Source of the DNA: Macrostomum lignano
Taxonomy: Eukaryota
Reading direction: 5' to 3'
Assembly (NCBI GenBank): GCA_002269645.1
Contig: NIVC01002878.1
Coordinates: forward strand, 1 to 64,000
Length of the DNA stretch: 64,000 nt
Made by a program: the position numbers and the translations under genes. Under the pieces are notes generated by a model. The model was not told where the DNA came from. It searched no databases and worked only from the letters and a program-made list of their open reading frames with translations. This document shows, in pieces, positions 27,615 through 40,781 of this stretch. Numbering within the stretch: the first letter of the stretch is position 1; each line of letters starts with the position of its first letter.

Positions 27615-28380
27615 GGTAGGTGTTGCAGTAATTGCACTACGCCTGCTGCTGATAGCTCACTGAATGGCAAGATGGCTCGAGTTTTTAAAAGCTCGAGACA
27701 AGTCTCCACACAAGCCACTGCATTATGGAACGGAAGTATTCAGTCGCCTAAATTGGATTCCATTACTTATGCCATTGGGATGCCATTAGTCGCCATAATG
27801 GGATGAAATATTGGAATTTCTTCCATTTCCTATAGGCACATCAGCTGTGTTTCCTGCTTGCAAACTCTGTTGGCGCTAAGCGTTTTTCGGTAAGCAAATG
27901 TGAGCGACTAACTGTCTTTGCATAGGCTCGGACGGTGCCACAACGATCCCTGGTCTAAGAATTGTTTTAATGTGACAACTATATCGCTGGCTTTTAGCCA
28001 TTGCAATTAGGGTGGCTGGCAGTTTACATAGGAGCCTCAGTTGCAAGGTGTTTGCATTAGCTTGCTGAATATTTTTTCGCGATTTTTGTTAACAGCACTA
28101 TCTGTCGGACCGGAGCCCGCACGCGAGTGAATCAATATCAATTAAACGGACAGGAGATTATAGACATTAAAAGGGTCTTATAGGGATATGAAATATATAT
28201 TTAGAATCAGATTATTTAACGGCATCGATGCCAACTAAATATTGAAGGGAATGTCAAATAGATACTTATAACATTTTTATGAGATTTGCTACATTTTGGG
28301 GAATGCAAAATACCATAGGCATCAAAGCTGTGTACCAGCTTAGAAGCGATCATTTTGCGAGAAACGACGCGGGTGCATAG

Positions 28381-28719
28381 ACAAGGGCTACTCAAGTAGA
28401 AGGACTGGAAACGACACTTCTTGGAAAATTTTAGAAGGCCGGAAAAATATATATTACGGAGAATGGAGGCTTTTATTAGTGTAACTGTGTAAGAAAATGT
28501 GTAACAGAATGATGAAATAGATTCATAAAACCAATGAGTCGAGCTGTGCCATTTTTATGGGATGAACATTGGATCAGCCTCCTATCAAAAGCAATAACCA
28601 TTTTTGCGCTGAAAAATTGAAAGCCTTCATTCTCGGTAATGTATTTTAAGGCAAAACATGCCTCTTAAAAACTTTCCAAGAGACGAAGTTTCCTGTCCTT
28701 CTACTTGAGTGGCCCTTGT
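28381..28719. mobile_element. MITE-like element with long terminal inverted repeats
   Basis: Left ACAAGGGCTACTCAAGTAGAAGGACTGGAAAC versus reverse-complemented right ACAAGGGCCACTCAAGTAGAAGGACAGGAAAC; inner similarity continues; TSD not resolved. Confidence 0.75.
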
Positions 28720-29916
28720 TCATAAACTGGAGTGGATTCGAGATATTTAGACGACGGCTTAGTTGGTTGTCTGAAATTACATCTTTTTACAGCATCAGAA
28801 CCTAAATTAACCTAACTGCTTCACTTTAATTTTCAGCTTAAAATTATTAAAGCGTTATAAGAATCTCTTTGTAATTGTTATTGCCTAAATTAATTAAGTA
28901 AATTTTATTATCAACATTTGACTGACTTCGAAGTCGAGTTCAGTCATTCGAGCACAGCAGCTCGAGTTGGTGAAAGTCATCCAGGCTGAAAGCTCCAAGA
29001 CTGAAACCGTAGCAGAACATTGTGCCGTTCAGGCAACTTTGAGTCTGTCGATGACCGTCCCAGATTCAGTATCTGAGATCGATCTACCGAGTAGACATGG
29101 TTTGTGGCGCTTGTCACGACACAACAATATGAATCGACTGTAGCAAGGGAGCCGTTGAATTAGAAGTGCTGCACAGCGGTTTCATTGAAGGTGAATCCCG
29201 CAGAAATGACTAGCTGATTTCCATCAGATGACAGTATACGTGCCGATGTGCAGTGACTTTGAAGTTCGAATGAGATTTTGCCTACCTTAGCAAAGTCGCG
29301 TATACGGCTACGTGATGAAAAGGATGAATTGCCGTAAGAGCCACTCGCCGATTAAAACCAGTGATAATTCTGATTTCTGAAATGGTACAATTTTTTCTGA
29401 ATACAATTTCTAAAACCGAGTTTAATTGAAACAAGATTAACGCATGCAATATTCACGCCTCAGCTTACAGCGAATCGTTGAACAAGTGCTGCACTCGAAC
29501 GAAAGGAGAGTACTTTTCACCGAGCTTGAAGAATCTCCAGAATCCGGGAGTCGCTGTGCTCAGGAATGAGCCAGAATGACCACCAAAGTGAGCACCTACT
29601 GAGTCGATTTTTACGTTGCGAGACTTTAGACAGAACTGTCTCGGGTTGACTTCATTCCTGAGACCGCTCCTCGAGAACTTGTAGAACAGCTTCAGTTTGA
29701 GCTTGGTGAACTCGGGCTTAGGCAAGTCTGAAACAATATTTAAGTACTGGATCAGCTCATTTGAGACGGAATAAATGAAAATTTCAGTCCAAATACGTAT
29801 GATCGAGCTGCTGTGCAACTCACCGCAGTCTCCGCACAGCACATCCATGTACTTGTACGAGTCGCAGTCGCCTTCGTCAGTCCATTGCTTGAGTTCTGAG
29901 CACGCGTCGCCATGGT

Positions 29917-32900
29917 CCCAGTCTCTGACGCAGCGCGTATTACGCGTGTAATTACTGCGTAAGCGACGCGCGTAAATTTTACACTGCGAATACACGCGTA
30001 TTACGCGTGTAACTGCTGCGTATATCGACGCGCCTAATTTGTACACTAGTTTTACACGCGTAAACATCGCGTATTCAAACTCACAATTTTACGCGCGTAA
30101 AGATCGTGTTGTTTTACGCGCATTCTACCCGCGGTCGCGGACACAAATGAAGCACCAATTTAAGTTTTTCGCTTCGTGACAAAATCGGTCCAAAGCGAAA
30201 AATGTCCAGTAGAGACCTCAGTCGACACGTTGCCAGGCAGCTGTTGTCCTTTTTATACCATATTCAAGAATTCATATGATTCTTGATTAATCCTTGACTA
30301 ATTACTTTTAGTAACTAGGTAGCATGGTATCCTTTTGCGTGTTTTTTATTATTATAGTGTATATTGTATATTTAGTCGATTGGAAAAACATACAACTGGG
30401 CTTCAAAACATTCTTAAGAATAATTCAAGTATACAAAGCATCTCATTATTTCTCTTCAGCTTGATTAAAGTCAATTTATCAATTTGTTCTCATTCAACCC
30501 TTAGAAGTACTAGAAATGTGCATCTTAAGCTATTTTTACTTAAAAATGCACTATATATCTTATAGTTAAGCTATAATGCATATATAAAAGTATTTAAAAG
30601 TGTATATAAAGATAAAAAAGATAAATTGCTACATTAGTTTGTCAATTATATATTTTATTGGTTAGAGAATAGATATTAACACTAAATTTAACAGATGCAT
30701 ACTATATATTTGGCTAAAAATTGACATTATTCTGAAAATTATTTGGGAATGTTGCTTAGTTGTGCTTCAAAAAAGTTTTATTGTATTATAATTTATAAGC
30801 TATATGCCTATATCTATTAAGACTTCTACAATTTAAACTAGAGTCTTAAATACTGTTTATTTATTAATTGAATGAATTTTGTGTAGCACCTTTTTGCATA
30901 CCATTACTAGTAGTTATATATATATGAGTATTTCATGACATTATAAATAAAAATATATTACCATTCATGCACCAAAAAAGTGTTGCATACTATCAAAATC
31001 AAGTTAAACTAGCCTGATTCTAATCACTATAGTCTATCTAGATATTATACTTCCAATCATCTTTGACTATGTCTATAACATAGTCAATAAATTCAATAAT
31101 TAACATTTCAATACATTTAAAGGTTGTAATGAATGAAATAAAAACTGAATTCTGATTGTAACTCCAATGCATTATGTCTGGAATATATGCTTTTCAAAAT
31201 TCTTATAGATATTTAGTAGGCATATGGCATAATTTTTCTGGTAGCTTGTATATATTGTAATTCTATCATAAAACATTCACAAAATCAAATATCCCTTTGA
31301 CTGAATAGCATGGAAAGGAAAACTATGAATCTCGAAATGTGCAACTAAATACAATTTTTACCATGTTTAAATATTCCTGCCACCATTGTCTTTAACTATA
31401 TTTCAAAATCAAATAAACATTTTCAAAATGTTGAAAAGTGAGAAATGTATACAACTTTTATGTAAAAATAACACAACAAAACAAAACAACATTAATTATA
31501 CTTTAATGTAATTTAGAATAGCATTTTGAATTTTTTGTATGATTGTCACTTCTAGGATGAAACATAGTATTTTTGCTCAATTTTGTCACCACTTCAATTG
31601 ATTAAAGCATAAATTTTATGAATTTGGTATGGTATTCAACTGGCTCTGCATGGAAATCAATTTATACTGTTTTAATGGCATGAAAACCAATGCTAAAATA
31701 ATTAACAATGAAACATATTTTTTACACTAGATCTAGCCGCCTCTTTCTGACTGCCTTAAGCTGGCAAACTTCGACTACAGGACAACCTTGGCAAGCTTGG
31801 CAAACTTATAGGTGGCAACTTAGCTGGCTGTCAATCTTCCAGCTGACATGACAGCTGAATAAACTGAATCATTTTAGACAGATGCTGCATTTTAGTGGCG
31901 CCTGCAAAAATGCATTACAAATGCAGTGAGGTAATAATAATGATAATAATATTATTTTATTATTAATTGATTACACCCGCTCCAATTAAGCAGATTTACA
32001 ACCGACAGCTTCAGCCTCTGACGGACAGCATGCAGGGACCGGGCCTGGATACGGCGGTTTGGATCGCCCTGTCGCATGCGGAGGCCACCTTGATCGTCCC
32101 GATGCTGATGCTGTTGGCGCTGCTGTCAGCCGCCATTGCGATGTAGACTATGTCAAGATCCTTGCCCTCGTAGTTCGACGGTGTTGGACATACATGTATC
32201 TGGCGGCTCAGGACATCTGCCGGGTTGTCACCCCCAGCTGGTATATAGGTGACTTTGAAGGAGGTTTTGCAGCTGAAGTGCCATGCGCTCGATCCGCAGT
32301 GGGAGCCGCGAACCGGGGCTGAGCAGGCTGACCAGCGGCTTGTGGTCGGTGATGACCGATGACCCTGGACTTTGGGTAGCCACTAAGGTAGTGGTAGAAT
32401 TTGAGGACCAGCGCCTCCCTTTCTGTCTGCAAGTAGCGCTGTTTGGTGTCACTGAAGCTGCGGCTGGCGTAGGCGATTGGCCTGGTTTCACCTGGGCGAG
32501 TATCGCGCCGGCGGGCTGGCGGCGACAATCTGCCTGGTCTCGCAGTTCTTGTTAAAGAAGGCAAGCGTGGAGCTTTGTGCGATCAACTTGATGGACTGGA
32601 AGGCTGAATCGAGGCTTGCTGTGGGCCCCACGACCATTTCACATCTTCTTGGTTAGTTTCGAAATGGCCTCGGGATGAGGGATGAAGGTTAAGGGAGGCC
32701 TACGAATGTGACGAGTCCGAGAAAGCACAGCTCCTCCGTTGCAGATTTTATGGTCGGTTGAAGTTGGCCACAGCCTCCAGTTTTTACTCAGTCGGTTGGA
32801 TTCCCTGCCGCCTGGCCAGGAAGTCGATCAGCCTGCTGGGTTGCGATGCGGCATTTGCGCGGGTTCAGAGTCACCTTGTGTTGGCGCAGCCTGTCGATGC

Positions 32901-33400
32901 AGTTGCGCAGCTTCTCATTGTGCTCTTTTATTATGGTGCTGGCAAAGATGATTAGCTATGTCGTCATGGATCCACCGCACGCCTCTCAAATTGCGCGATC
33001 AGGATGAATATGTCGTATCTATTTAAATGCATGAAATCGTTTTCAACTTATATATCACTAGCAATATCAAATTGTAATACATTTACCGTGCATTTTGCGA
33101 GCCTACCATATTAAAAATATGTTGATATGTGCCACAAACGTGCCTCAATCTTTATCTTTCAGCCGCGTATTTAATGGATAAATAATACACATATGCGCGT
33201 ATTATTCGTGTAAAGTGTGCGTAAAGCGCGCGTTTTCGGCGCGTACCTCACACGGGTATTCTGCGCGTATATTACGCGCGTAGATTCGCGTAAAAAAAGT
33301 GACACAAAACGTGTGTTTCCCGCGCGTCAATTACGTGTGTATTACGCACGTGATTGACACGCGTAATACGCGCGGAATACGCGCGTGAGCAGAGACTGGG
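29917..33400. mobile_element. Non-autonomous CACTA/EnSpm-like DNA transposon (3484 bp), 2-bp TSD GT
   Basis: TIR CCCAGTCTCTG...CAGAGACTGGG; GT duplicated at 29915-16 and 33401-02 relative to intact paralog CATGGTAACAC; dense TACGCG-type subterminal repeats; no transposase seen. Confidence 0.85.
31990..32975 (-). pseudogene. Degenerate Gypsy pol fragment (RT C-terminus, RNase H, linker) inside the CACTA-like element
   Basis: IHDDI, EHNEKL...TLNPRKC, IDFL, PIAYASRS...YLQTEREAL, TDHKPL, RIERMALQLQ, ADVLSR, in shifting frames. Confidence 0.85.
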
Positions 33401-34497
33401 GTAACACTGGCCGGTGCCAATTTTGAAGTGGAATGCGTTGCAGGTGGGCAGTCGGGAGCAGAGAGGCTTCTGCGGTGGGACAGCCATGGAACTTCTCGAA
33501 CAATGGCACTACTGCAATAGCGGCTGCTGAACTCCAGCCTAGCAGCAAGAGAATCAGTGACAGTGCTGGGAATTCGCTAATCCATCTCATCATGATCGGT
33601 GTTGCTGTATTTGTAGCTGGTTTGACATTCAATTCAAGACTTTCGCCTCCTGCTGATAGCTCGAATTTTTAGAAGCTTTAGACAAGTCTTGTACTCGTAA
33701 AGAGTTTGCATTATCGAACGGAAGTATTCAGTCGGTAAAACGCGATTCAATATCTCATTTATCCTATTTCTTTGACACATTAACTTAGTTTCCTGCTTGC
33801 AGACTCTCAAGCTTTGCAGACTATCAAGCTTTTCTCGGTCTCGAAAGCAAATGTTGATCGAGTAACCATGTCATTGCATAGGCTCGGTGCCATTTCTATT
33901 TTCTATTTTCTATTTCTAGAATATTTCGCTATTTGTTTCAATAGCGCCTTCTACCGGTATATTGTGAAGGAAGCGTCTCTTCTGTAAGTTAGCTTTTAAT
34001 AATCTGTCGGAGAGGGAGCTAGAACACGACTAAAATAATAAACAATTTAGTAATATTACAGACAGAGATTATAGACCTCAAAAGGATCTCATTAGGATTT
34101 GAAATGTATATTTAGAATCCGGCTGTAACAGCCTGGATGCCAACTAATTATTAAAAGGGAATATCAAATAAGTTATTATATGTTTTAAGAATACATTCAA
34201 TTGAGTTCGAAGTTTTATAGGGATCAAAGCTGTTTCCCTAAAACGCGATTGTTATTGTTTCTTCTGAAATTATTCCTTCAATTGAAGAGTTGAGTCAGGA
34301 TACGCTTGTCATTCGACGACTGATTGATCGCGATCGGTTGTTTGAAACGTATTTTTATAGCGTCAGCGCATAAAGCATTCTTTCCAAAACTTATTAGAGT
34401 ACTGATATTAAAATCTCTTTAGAGTTCTTACTCCCTATATTAATTGAGTAAATATCTCTTCTACTATAACAACCGTTGACTGACTTTGAGGTTGAAT

Positions 34498-35661
34498 TCA
34501 GTCATTTGAGCACAGCAGCTCGAGCTGGTGAAACTCGTCGAGGCTGAGAGCTCCAAGGCTGAAACCGTAGCAGAACATTGTGCCGTTCAGGCACTTTGAG
34601 TCTTTCGATGACAGCCCCAGATTCAGTCTCTCGAATCGATCGACAGAGAAGGCACTACTCTTACGTTCAGATGAATCGACTGTAGCGATGGAGCCGTTGA
34701 AGTAGAAGTGCTGCACGGCGGTTTCACTGAAGGTGAATCCGGCAGACATGACTAGCTGATCTCCGTCAGATGGCGGGATGAATGCCGATGTGCAGTGGCG
34801 TTGAAGCTCAGATGAGACTTCGTTCACCCTACCAAAGTCGCAAATCCGCCTACCTGATGAAAAAAACGAATTGCCGAAATCGCCACTCGCCGATAGAAAC
34901 CGGTGATAATTCTGATTTCTGAAATTGTACCATTTTTTCAAATTAAATGTCAAGAAAACGAGTTTATTTAAAACAACCTTTCAATACTCAGGTCGCAGCT
35001 TACAGCGAATCGTTGAACAAGTGTTGCACTCGAACGAAAGCAGAGTACTTTTCACCGAGCTTGAAGAATCTCCAGAATCCGGGAGTCTCAGTTCTCAGGA
35101 ATGAGTCAGAATGACCACCAAAGTGAGCACCCACTGAGTCGATTGTCACGTTGCGAGACTTTAGACAGAACTGTCTCGGGTTGACTTCATTCCTGAGACC
35201 GCTCCTCGAGAACTTGTAGAACAGCTTCAGTTTGAGCTTGGTGAACTCGGGCTTGGGCAAGTCTGAAACAATTTGAGTACTCGATCAGCTCATTTGAGAC
35301 GGAATAAACTAAAATTTCAGTCCAACTCACCCCAGTCTCCGCACAGCACATCCGTGTACTTGTACGAGTCGCAGTCGTCTTCGTCAGTCCATTGCTTGAG
35401 TTCTGAGCACGCGTCTCCATGGTAACACTGGCCGGTCCTAATTTCAAACTGGAAAGCGTTGCAGGTGGGCAGACGGGAGCAGGCGGCGGCGCACTGCAGC
35501 TTGCTGGTCAGTTTCTGCGGCAGCAGAGAGGCTTCTTCGGTGGGACAGCCATGGAACTTCTCGAACGACAGAACTACAGTAGCGGCTGCTGCTAGGCACA
35601 AGCAGAGCAGCAAGCTGAGAAGCAGCAGAGCTGACACTTGTAGTTTATCAATCCTCTTCAT
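34498..35661 (-). CDS. Secreted PAN/Apple-domain protein, copy C; exons 35661-35331, 35262-35004, 34918-34498 (~336 aa, open)
   Basis: Same intron positions and exon 1/2 lengths (331, 259 nt) as copy A; one Cys to Trp change at the end of exon 1. Confidence 0.82.
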
Positions 35662-36457
35662 CGCACAACTACAATGGCTAGCAGTTTTTTGAATTGATCC
35701 TCGCGGAGAATGCGATGTAGCGCAAAACGTTTTGAGTTTCCGATATACTCACTGTTTAAATGTAGGAGAAAAAAGAAAAAAATTGTTTGTTAATCGCTCG
35801 GCAAATATCAACTTGGCAAACACAAAACCTTTTAGTGTCAATCTGTTTTTTTGAAAACCGGTTTAGAAGACGCGACGGAATCGTATAGGCTGGATTTCCA
35901 AGAAGAAAGCTTTCTCTTGCCTCATTCGTTTGTCAATTTCTTTTTATCTTCCGCCGCAGAAGCACGCCACGTATATTTTCTGTACGCTTGCTATAGATAT
36001 TTGAATAAGCCTTCAGCAATACTCATCTTCTGATTTCAGACTAATAGTCAGCAGATCTTGCCAGGCACAGTGGGTCGCTAGGAGGACGGTGTGAGCCTCA
36101 GAGCAGACTCAAGAGGTCTGGGTTTAGGATGACAACTGAGTCAGCAAAATTGGAGAAATAGGGCAATTGCAGAACTGGAGAGAGAACAGAGCTAAAGAAT
36201 CCTTGATTGGAAAACAAGGCTTGAGAGGGCTCGCATTTATGGGCAGGAAATATTTGCACCATTACGCGCGAGACCCCGATTTTTCTTAATTTTTACACGG
36301 TCCCCAATCTTGATTATACAGTATCTCTATTTTGAACCATAATGTAAGAAAAATGAACAGTGAGCTCTTAAGGATGCGCGAGGGTTAAAGCGAATGCGTG
36401 CAGTTATTATAGATATAAACAAGGCAGCATAAATAAGGACAAGGTAGGGGCCTAAGC

Positions 36458-37100
36458 CTATTCTAATAAACTAATAAATAAAGCGACTCCCCTGTTTGCA
36501 CGAACCGGCGGCGTCTGCGTCGGCGGCGCCTGTGGGAGGATCGGGGGACGGGGGCGTTGGCTAGCGGCAACAGTTCCATCAGCGGCGTCTGCGGCACCGG
36601 CTTCTGCGCTGGCGGCGCTTGCGGGAGGATTTGCGGGGGGGGGCGGTGATGTTGGCGGCAACTGTTGCATCGGTGGCGGTGGTGGGGGCTGCTGTAACTC
36701 TGCCAGCTGTCGTTCCAGCACCGCAACTCGTGGATCCTCCGCCGGTGCCGGCAGTGGGTCTGCCAGTGCTGGCGGCGGGTGCTGGATTCCGTCATTTAAA
36801 AGGACACGCCGGATCTGCTCCATATGCCTTTGGGGATTTCCGACCAGGCCATGCACAAAGAGTGCAGTTCGTAGGCCTGGTCTGAAATACAGCGCCGAGT
36901 TTTGCCCCCTAAAAACTCTGACACCGTTCGAAATTCCGCTGCTGTGCGAGCTCGCTCTGCGCAAGCATGGGCACAGCGCTGTTCTTAAGGAGCTGCCGGG
37001 TTGTCCTCGAGGTGATTGCTTCCGGGCACACTTCCATCGGTTCCGCAGCATCGGCGTTGCCCTCTACTACTAGATCCTCCAGAAGCTGAGCGAAAGACAT
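36458..37100 (-). other. GC-rich orphan ORF pair (overlapping, different frames) with a Pro/Ala-rich C-terminus
   Basis: ORFs 37100-36909 and 37051-36458; no recognised domain. Confidence 0.3.
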
Positions 37101-37904
37101 AGTTGCCGCAGATGAGTTTGATGAGACGAGACGACGTTAAAAATCTGAGAATTGCGACGGGGAGGCAGATTCTTGAAAGCCCAACTCACACACACTTAAG
37201 GAATACGAATACGCGATGTGGCCATAGACACTCCACTAAATTGCGGTTGCAGCCCAGCATTCAAGTCGTAAGCACTGCTGTCAAAGTCGCGTAATTTTAG
37301 CCAGCCTTGGAGGATAAGTACAAGTTCTTTCCGTTTCTTCCCTTCTTTGGCCCAAATTATTCGGCTGAGAGCTCGTATCTTAGAAGAAGCGAGCTTGTAG
37401 CCGTGGACTTTGGGCCATAGACAGAAAGAAACGGAAAGAATATATTTCTTCCAAACTTGGACCGGGCCAAAGAAATGATAGGCCTGGCCAAAGAAATGAA
37501 AAAAAGCATTGAACCATAGACAGACACGGCTCAGCCAAGTGGGAAAGAAATGAGGCTCCAGAATTGGAGCCTCGAGATCCAATACTAGATAGATGTGCAG
37601 TATTCGACGTGCTCAGTGGCTGTCGTAGTTGTCGTCGCCTATTTTCGGCGGCATTGACGACATCTCCAATCGAATTCAGTCCATTCTAGGCAGGTTTCTT
37701 ATCATCGCCTCTAAGCCTATTTCGTCTTTTTGTGGTGCAATTGTAGCATATAGCGGACTACTGGTGATAACGAGCATTCAGTACACCCATGTGCGCCAAT
37801 CAGCACTGCGCCTTAGTTCAGCCTTGCCAAGTCTCCAAATTTCATCAGCACGTCGACCTCATGTGTCTGCACCAGCTCTGACATTGTTGGTCACTGGCCT
37901 TCTC

Positions 37905-38720
37905 CCAGACGGAGCTTCTGGACCTTCAACAGGTGGCACCAAGTGACTATGGACACGTTGTTGCAGATTTCTCCTGATCGCTGACAGTGGGCAAACTTCA
38001 ACTGCTAGGTATCTTCAGCTATCGTAGTCTCTCGAGCCTTCCATCAACACCCCGACGCCGTCGGCACCTTTAACAGATTACACCAGGTGACTATGAGCAG
38101 CCTGATAAGAATTGCTCGAGTTTCGCTGATCAAGCCTTGACAATGGGCAAGCCTCAACCGTGGGACATCCTCAGCTAGTCTCTCAAGCATTCCGTCATCA
38201 CCCGGACGCCGTCGGCACCTTCAACGGATTACACCAGGTGACTATGGACACTTTGATGCAAATATGCCAGATTTTTCTTATCAACCTTCAATAATGAGCA
38301 CACCTTAACTGCTAGGCATCCTCAACTAGTTTCTCAAGCATTCCGTCATCACCCTAAAGCCGTCGACACCTTCAACAGGTGGCAACAGGTGACTATGGAC
38401 ATCCTTTTGCAACTTTGTCTTGCTTTTCTTCAATAACTTCAATAATCAATCTTCAATAACTTCAATAATGGGCAAGCCTCAACCGTGAGACATTCTCAGC
38501 TAGTCTCTCAAGCATTCAGTCATCACCCCGACGCCGTCGGCACCTTCAACAGATGACACCAGGTGACTATGAACACCCTGATACGAATTTCTCTTGTTTT
38601 GCTGATCAAGCCTAGCAGTGGGCAAAAATCAACTGCTGAACATTCTCAGCTAGTCTGTCGAGCATTCCGTCATCACCCGGACGCCGTCGGCACCTTCAAC
38701 AGGTGGCAACAGGTGACTAT
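37905..38720. repeat. Diverged ~141-145-bp tandem repeat, ~6 units
   Basis: Recurring GTCGGCACCTTCAACAGGTGGCAACAGGTGACTATG core at regular spacing. Confidence 0.85.
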
Positions 38721-39646
38721 GTGACCTCTAGTCTTCCCTCAAACGATGGGAAGAGATAGGGCATACCGGGTCACGGAGGTAGAATGTGGAATAAAATAGC
38801 AAATTCTCCGGTGTCCTTTTTAGTTTTAGATAAAACCTGAATCAATTTTGTACCTATACATAAAGTACGTAAAGTAAAGCTCGTAAACTACATCTAAAGT
38901 TACCATACGTAGTAAAGTACCTATACATGTACGTAAAGTAAAAGTACCTACGGAAACCAGTACAGTCGTCCAAATTTAAAGCCGGGTTACTCCAAACTAT
39001 TCTTATTAAATCTATTTTAGTCTCTGATTTAGCTCCGACGCAGCAAATAGTGATTTGTTTTAACGTTGTTTCTTATATTTTGAATTGCTCCAGAAAAAAA
39101 TAGTAAATATGGGGTAAAAATAATGGGTAGTATGCCGAGACAGGCAGCATGATGAGCTCCCTTGAGCAGGGACGCTACTCCATGGGTTATAGCGAATAGC
39201 TGATACCCTGCTACCCAACGACATAATGCAGCCACTACAAGTGACTTGTCTAGTAAAGATCCGGCTACTCTTCTGTTGCCAATTTGTTGTAAAGGTAGAA
39301 AATTCAGAGAAGTCAGGTCAAGGGGTCAGGCTTCAGGGTGAGTCATGATAAGGGGATCAGGATGAGGGGTGAAGATGAGGGGTTGAAATAAGGATTTTGG
39401 AGTAGGAAATCTGGGCGAGAGATCAGGATGGGGTCAGGAATGGGTGAACAAAAGTGATCATTATGGGCTCAAGGTAACTGTCTTTTAAAGTGACTATACA
39501 TGTAGCTCGTATATACTCGTAAATAAATATATTCAGACGGCTTCTTACCGTCGTCGCTATCTTCCAGAGGGTAGTCTTCTTCTTCTTTAATATTCACAGC
39601 CTTATCCATCTTATCCATCCGCTTACCATGCTTGCGATTTTCACCT

Positions 39647-40781
39647 TTAAAATTTTTTTTTGACTAGATGCTTGGCGATCGGGTACGGCTTGCACTGAAT
39701 AGGTTCCGTGTGCGGTAGAAGCTTGATCTCTTGCTTGATGTCTTTAGCTCGTCCGATGTCGTAGTCATGGTGGCAGAAGGCGTCGTTGTACTTCCACAAC
39801 AGTTGTCGAACTTTCTTCTTTTGCTGTTCCGTAATCGGGCTGTCGTCCAAGTTTATCTTCTTTTGGAATTCCTCTTCCGTTAGTCGTGGAGTTGTTTGTT
39901 CGATCAGCATTACCGACGCTTGGGTGTTGAGATGACCAATACACATTCCTTGTCGAAGGTGAACCATTTCCGTGTTTGAATTGAATATTTGTACGGGCAG
40001 TTGTTTGTCTTTTGCTACCAGTACTAGAGCTGTAGGCATCATAACTTGATGTTTAGCCATGACTCTTCTGTGCGGATCAAATATCATTGCTTCATCTGCC
40101 GCGCTAGCTGGTTGCTTTCGCTCTGACCCAGCATGCGCTTTCAGGCTGGATGATGACGTCTTGCTGCAGAGTTACTTTCGGTAGTACGCGAATCTGGTTG
40201 ATCAGCGGTTGCTCCACGGTGTCGATCCTGAACGTTTGCTTGTTGAAGTCGAAGGTCAAAGGTAGTCGAAGCTGCTTGAACGTGTCGATTCCAACGATGA
40301 CGTCTTGGTTTGGTAGTCTGTCGATGATGTACGTCGGGACCGTCAGCTGTTTATTAGCAATTTTCAAGTCGATATCTGCTTTTCCTAGGATGTTGAGTGA
40401 ATGTCCTCCTGCTCCTGCAACTGCGATTGCTGCTGGTCGTACCGCGAGTCGTAGCTTGTTGCATAATTGTTGCGAGATGACTGTGATCGAGCTGCCTGAA
40501 TCTAGCAGTGCTCGACATGGCAAGTTGTTGACAATGACCTGAGCCATTGCGGCTGCATTCTCGGTGCTGTTGGTGTTGTCGGAATCGATGGATACATTCG
40601 CGTTGATAGTGTCGGCTGTCCTTGAGTTTCTCGACGTGCATCCTCTGTCAATTCCAAGTTGTTGTCTTCTTCCCTTGGTGTCTTCTGCATGATGGCGTTC
40701 ACTGTTTGTTTCGCTGTAGGACAAGTGTTGCTGAAGCATCGTACTATCGACGAGATGATAAAAATCGCCGTAACTATCCAT
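39647..40781 (-). pseudogene. pol 5' part: aspartic protease and start of RT, frameshift near 40105, truncated near 39650
   Basis: VIVNNLPCRALLDSGSSITVIS and DVIVGIDTF (protease); KKVRQLLWKYNDAF...IKQEIKL...PIQCKPYPI (Gypsy pre-RT region). Confidence 0.88.

Larger units (their letters stand above)
28944..33593 (-). pseudogene. PAN/Apple-domain gene copy B, split by a DNA transposon, with a deletion in exon 1 and a TAA stop in exon 3
   Basis: The 5' part (33593-33401) ends ...GQCY and the 3' part resumes HGDACSELK near 29914; exon 3 reads TGG TTT TAA where copy C reads CGG TTT CTA. Confidence 0.88.

Noticed and set aside
36240-36390. piggyBac-like end (…GCGCGAGGGTTAA)
   Set aside because: No matching opposite TIR or transposase found in the window
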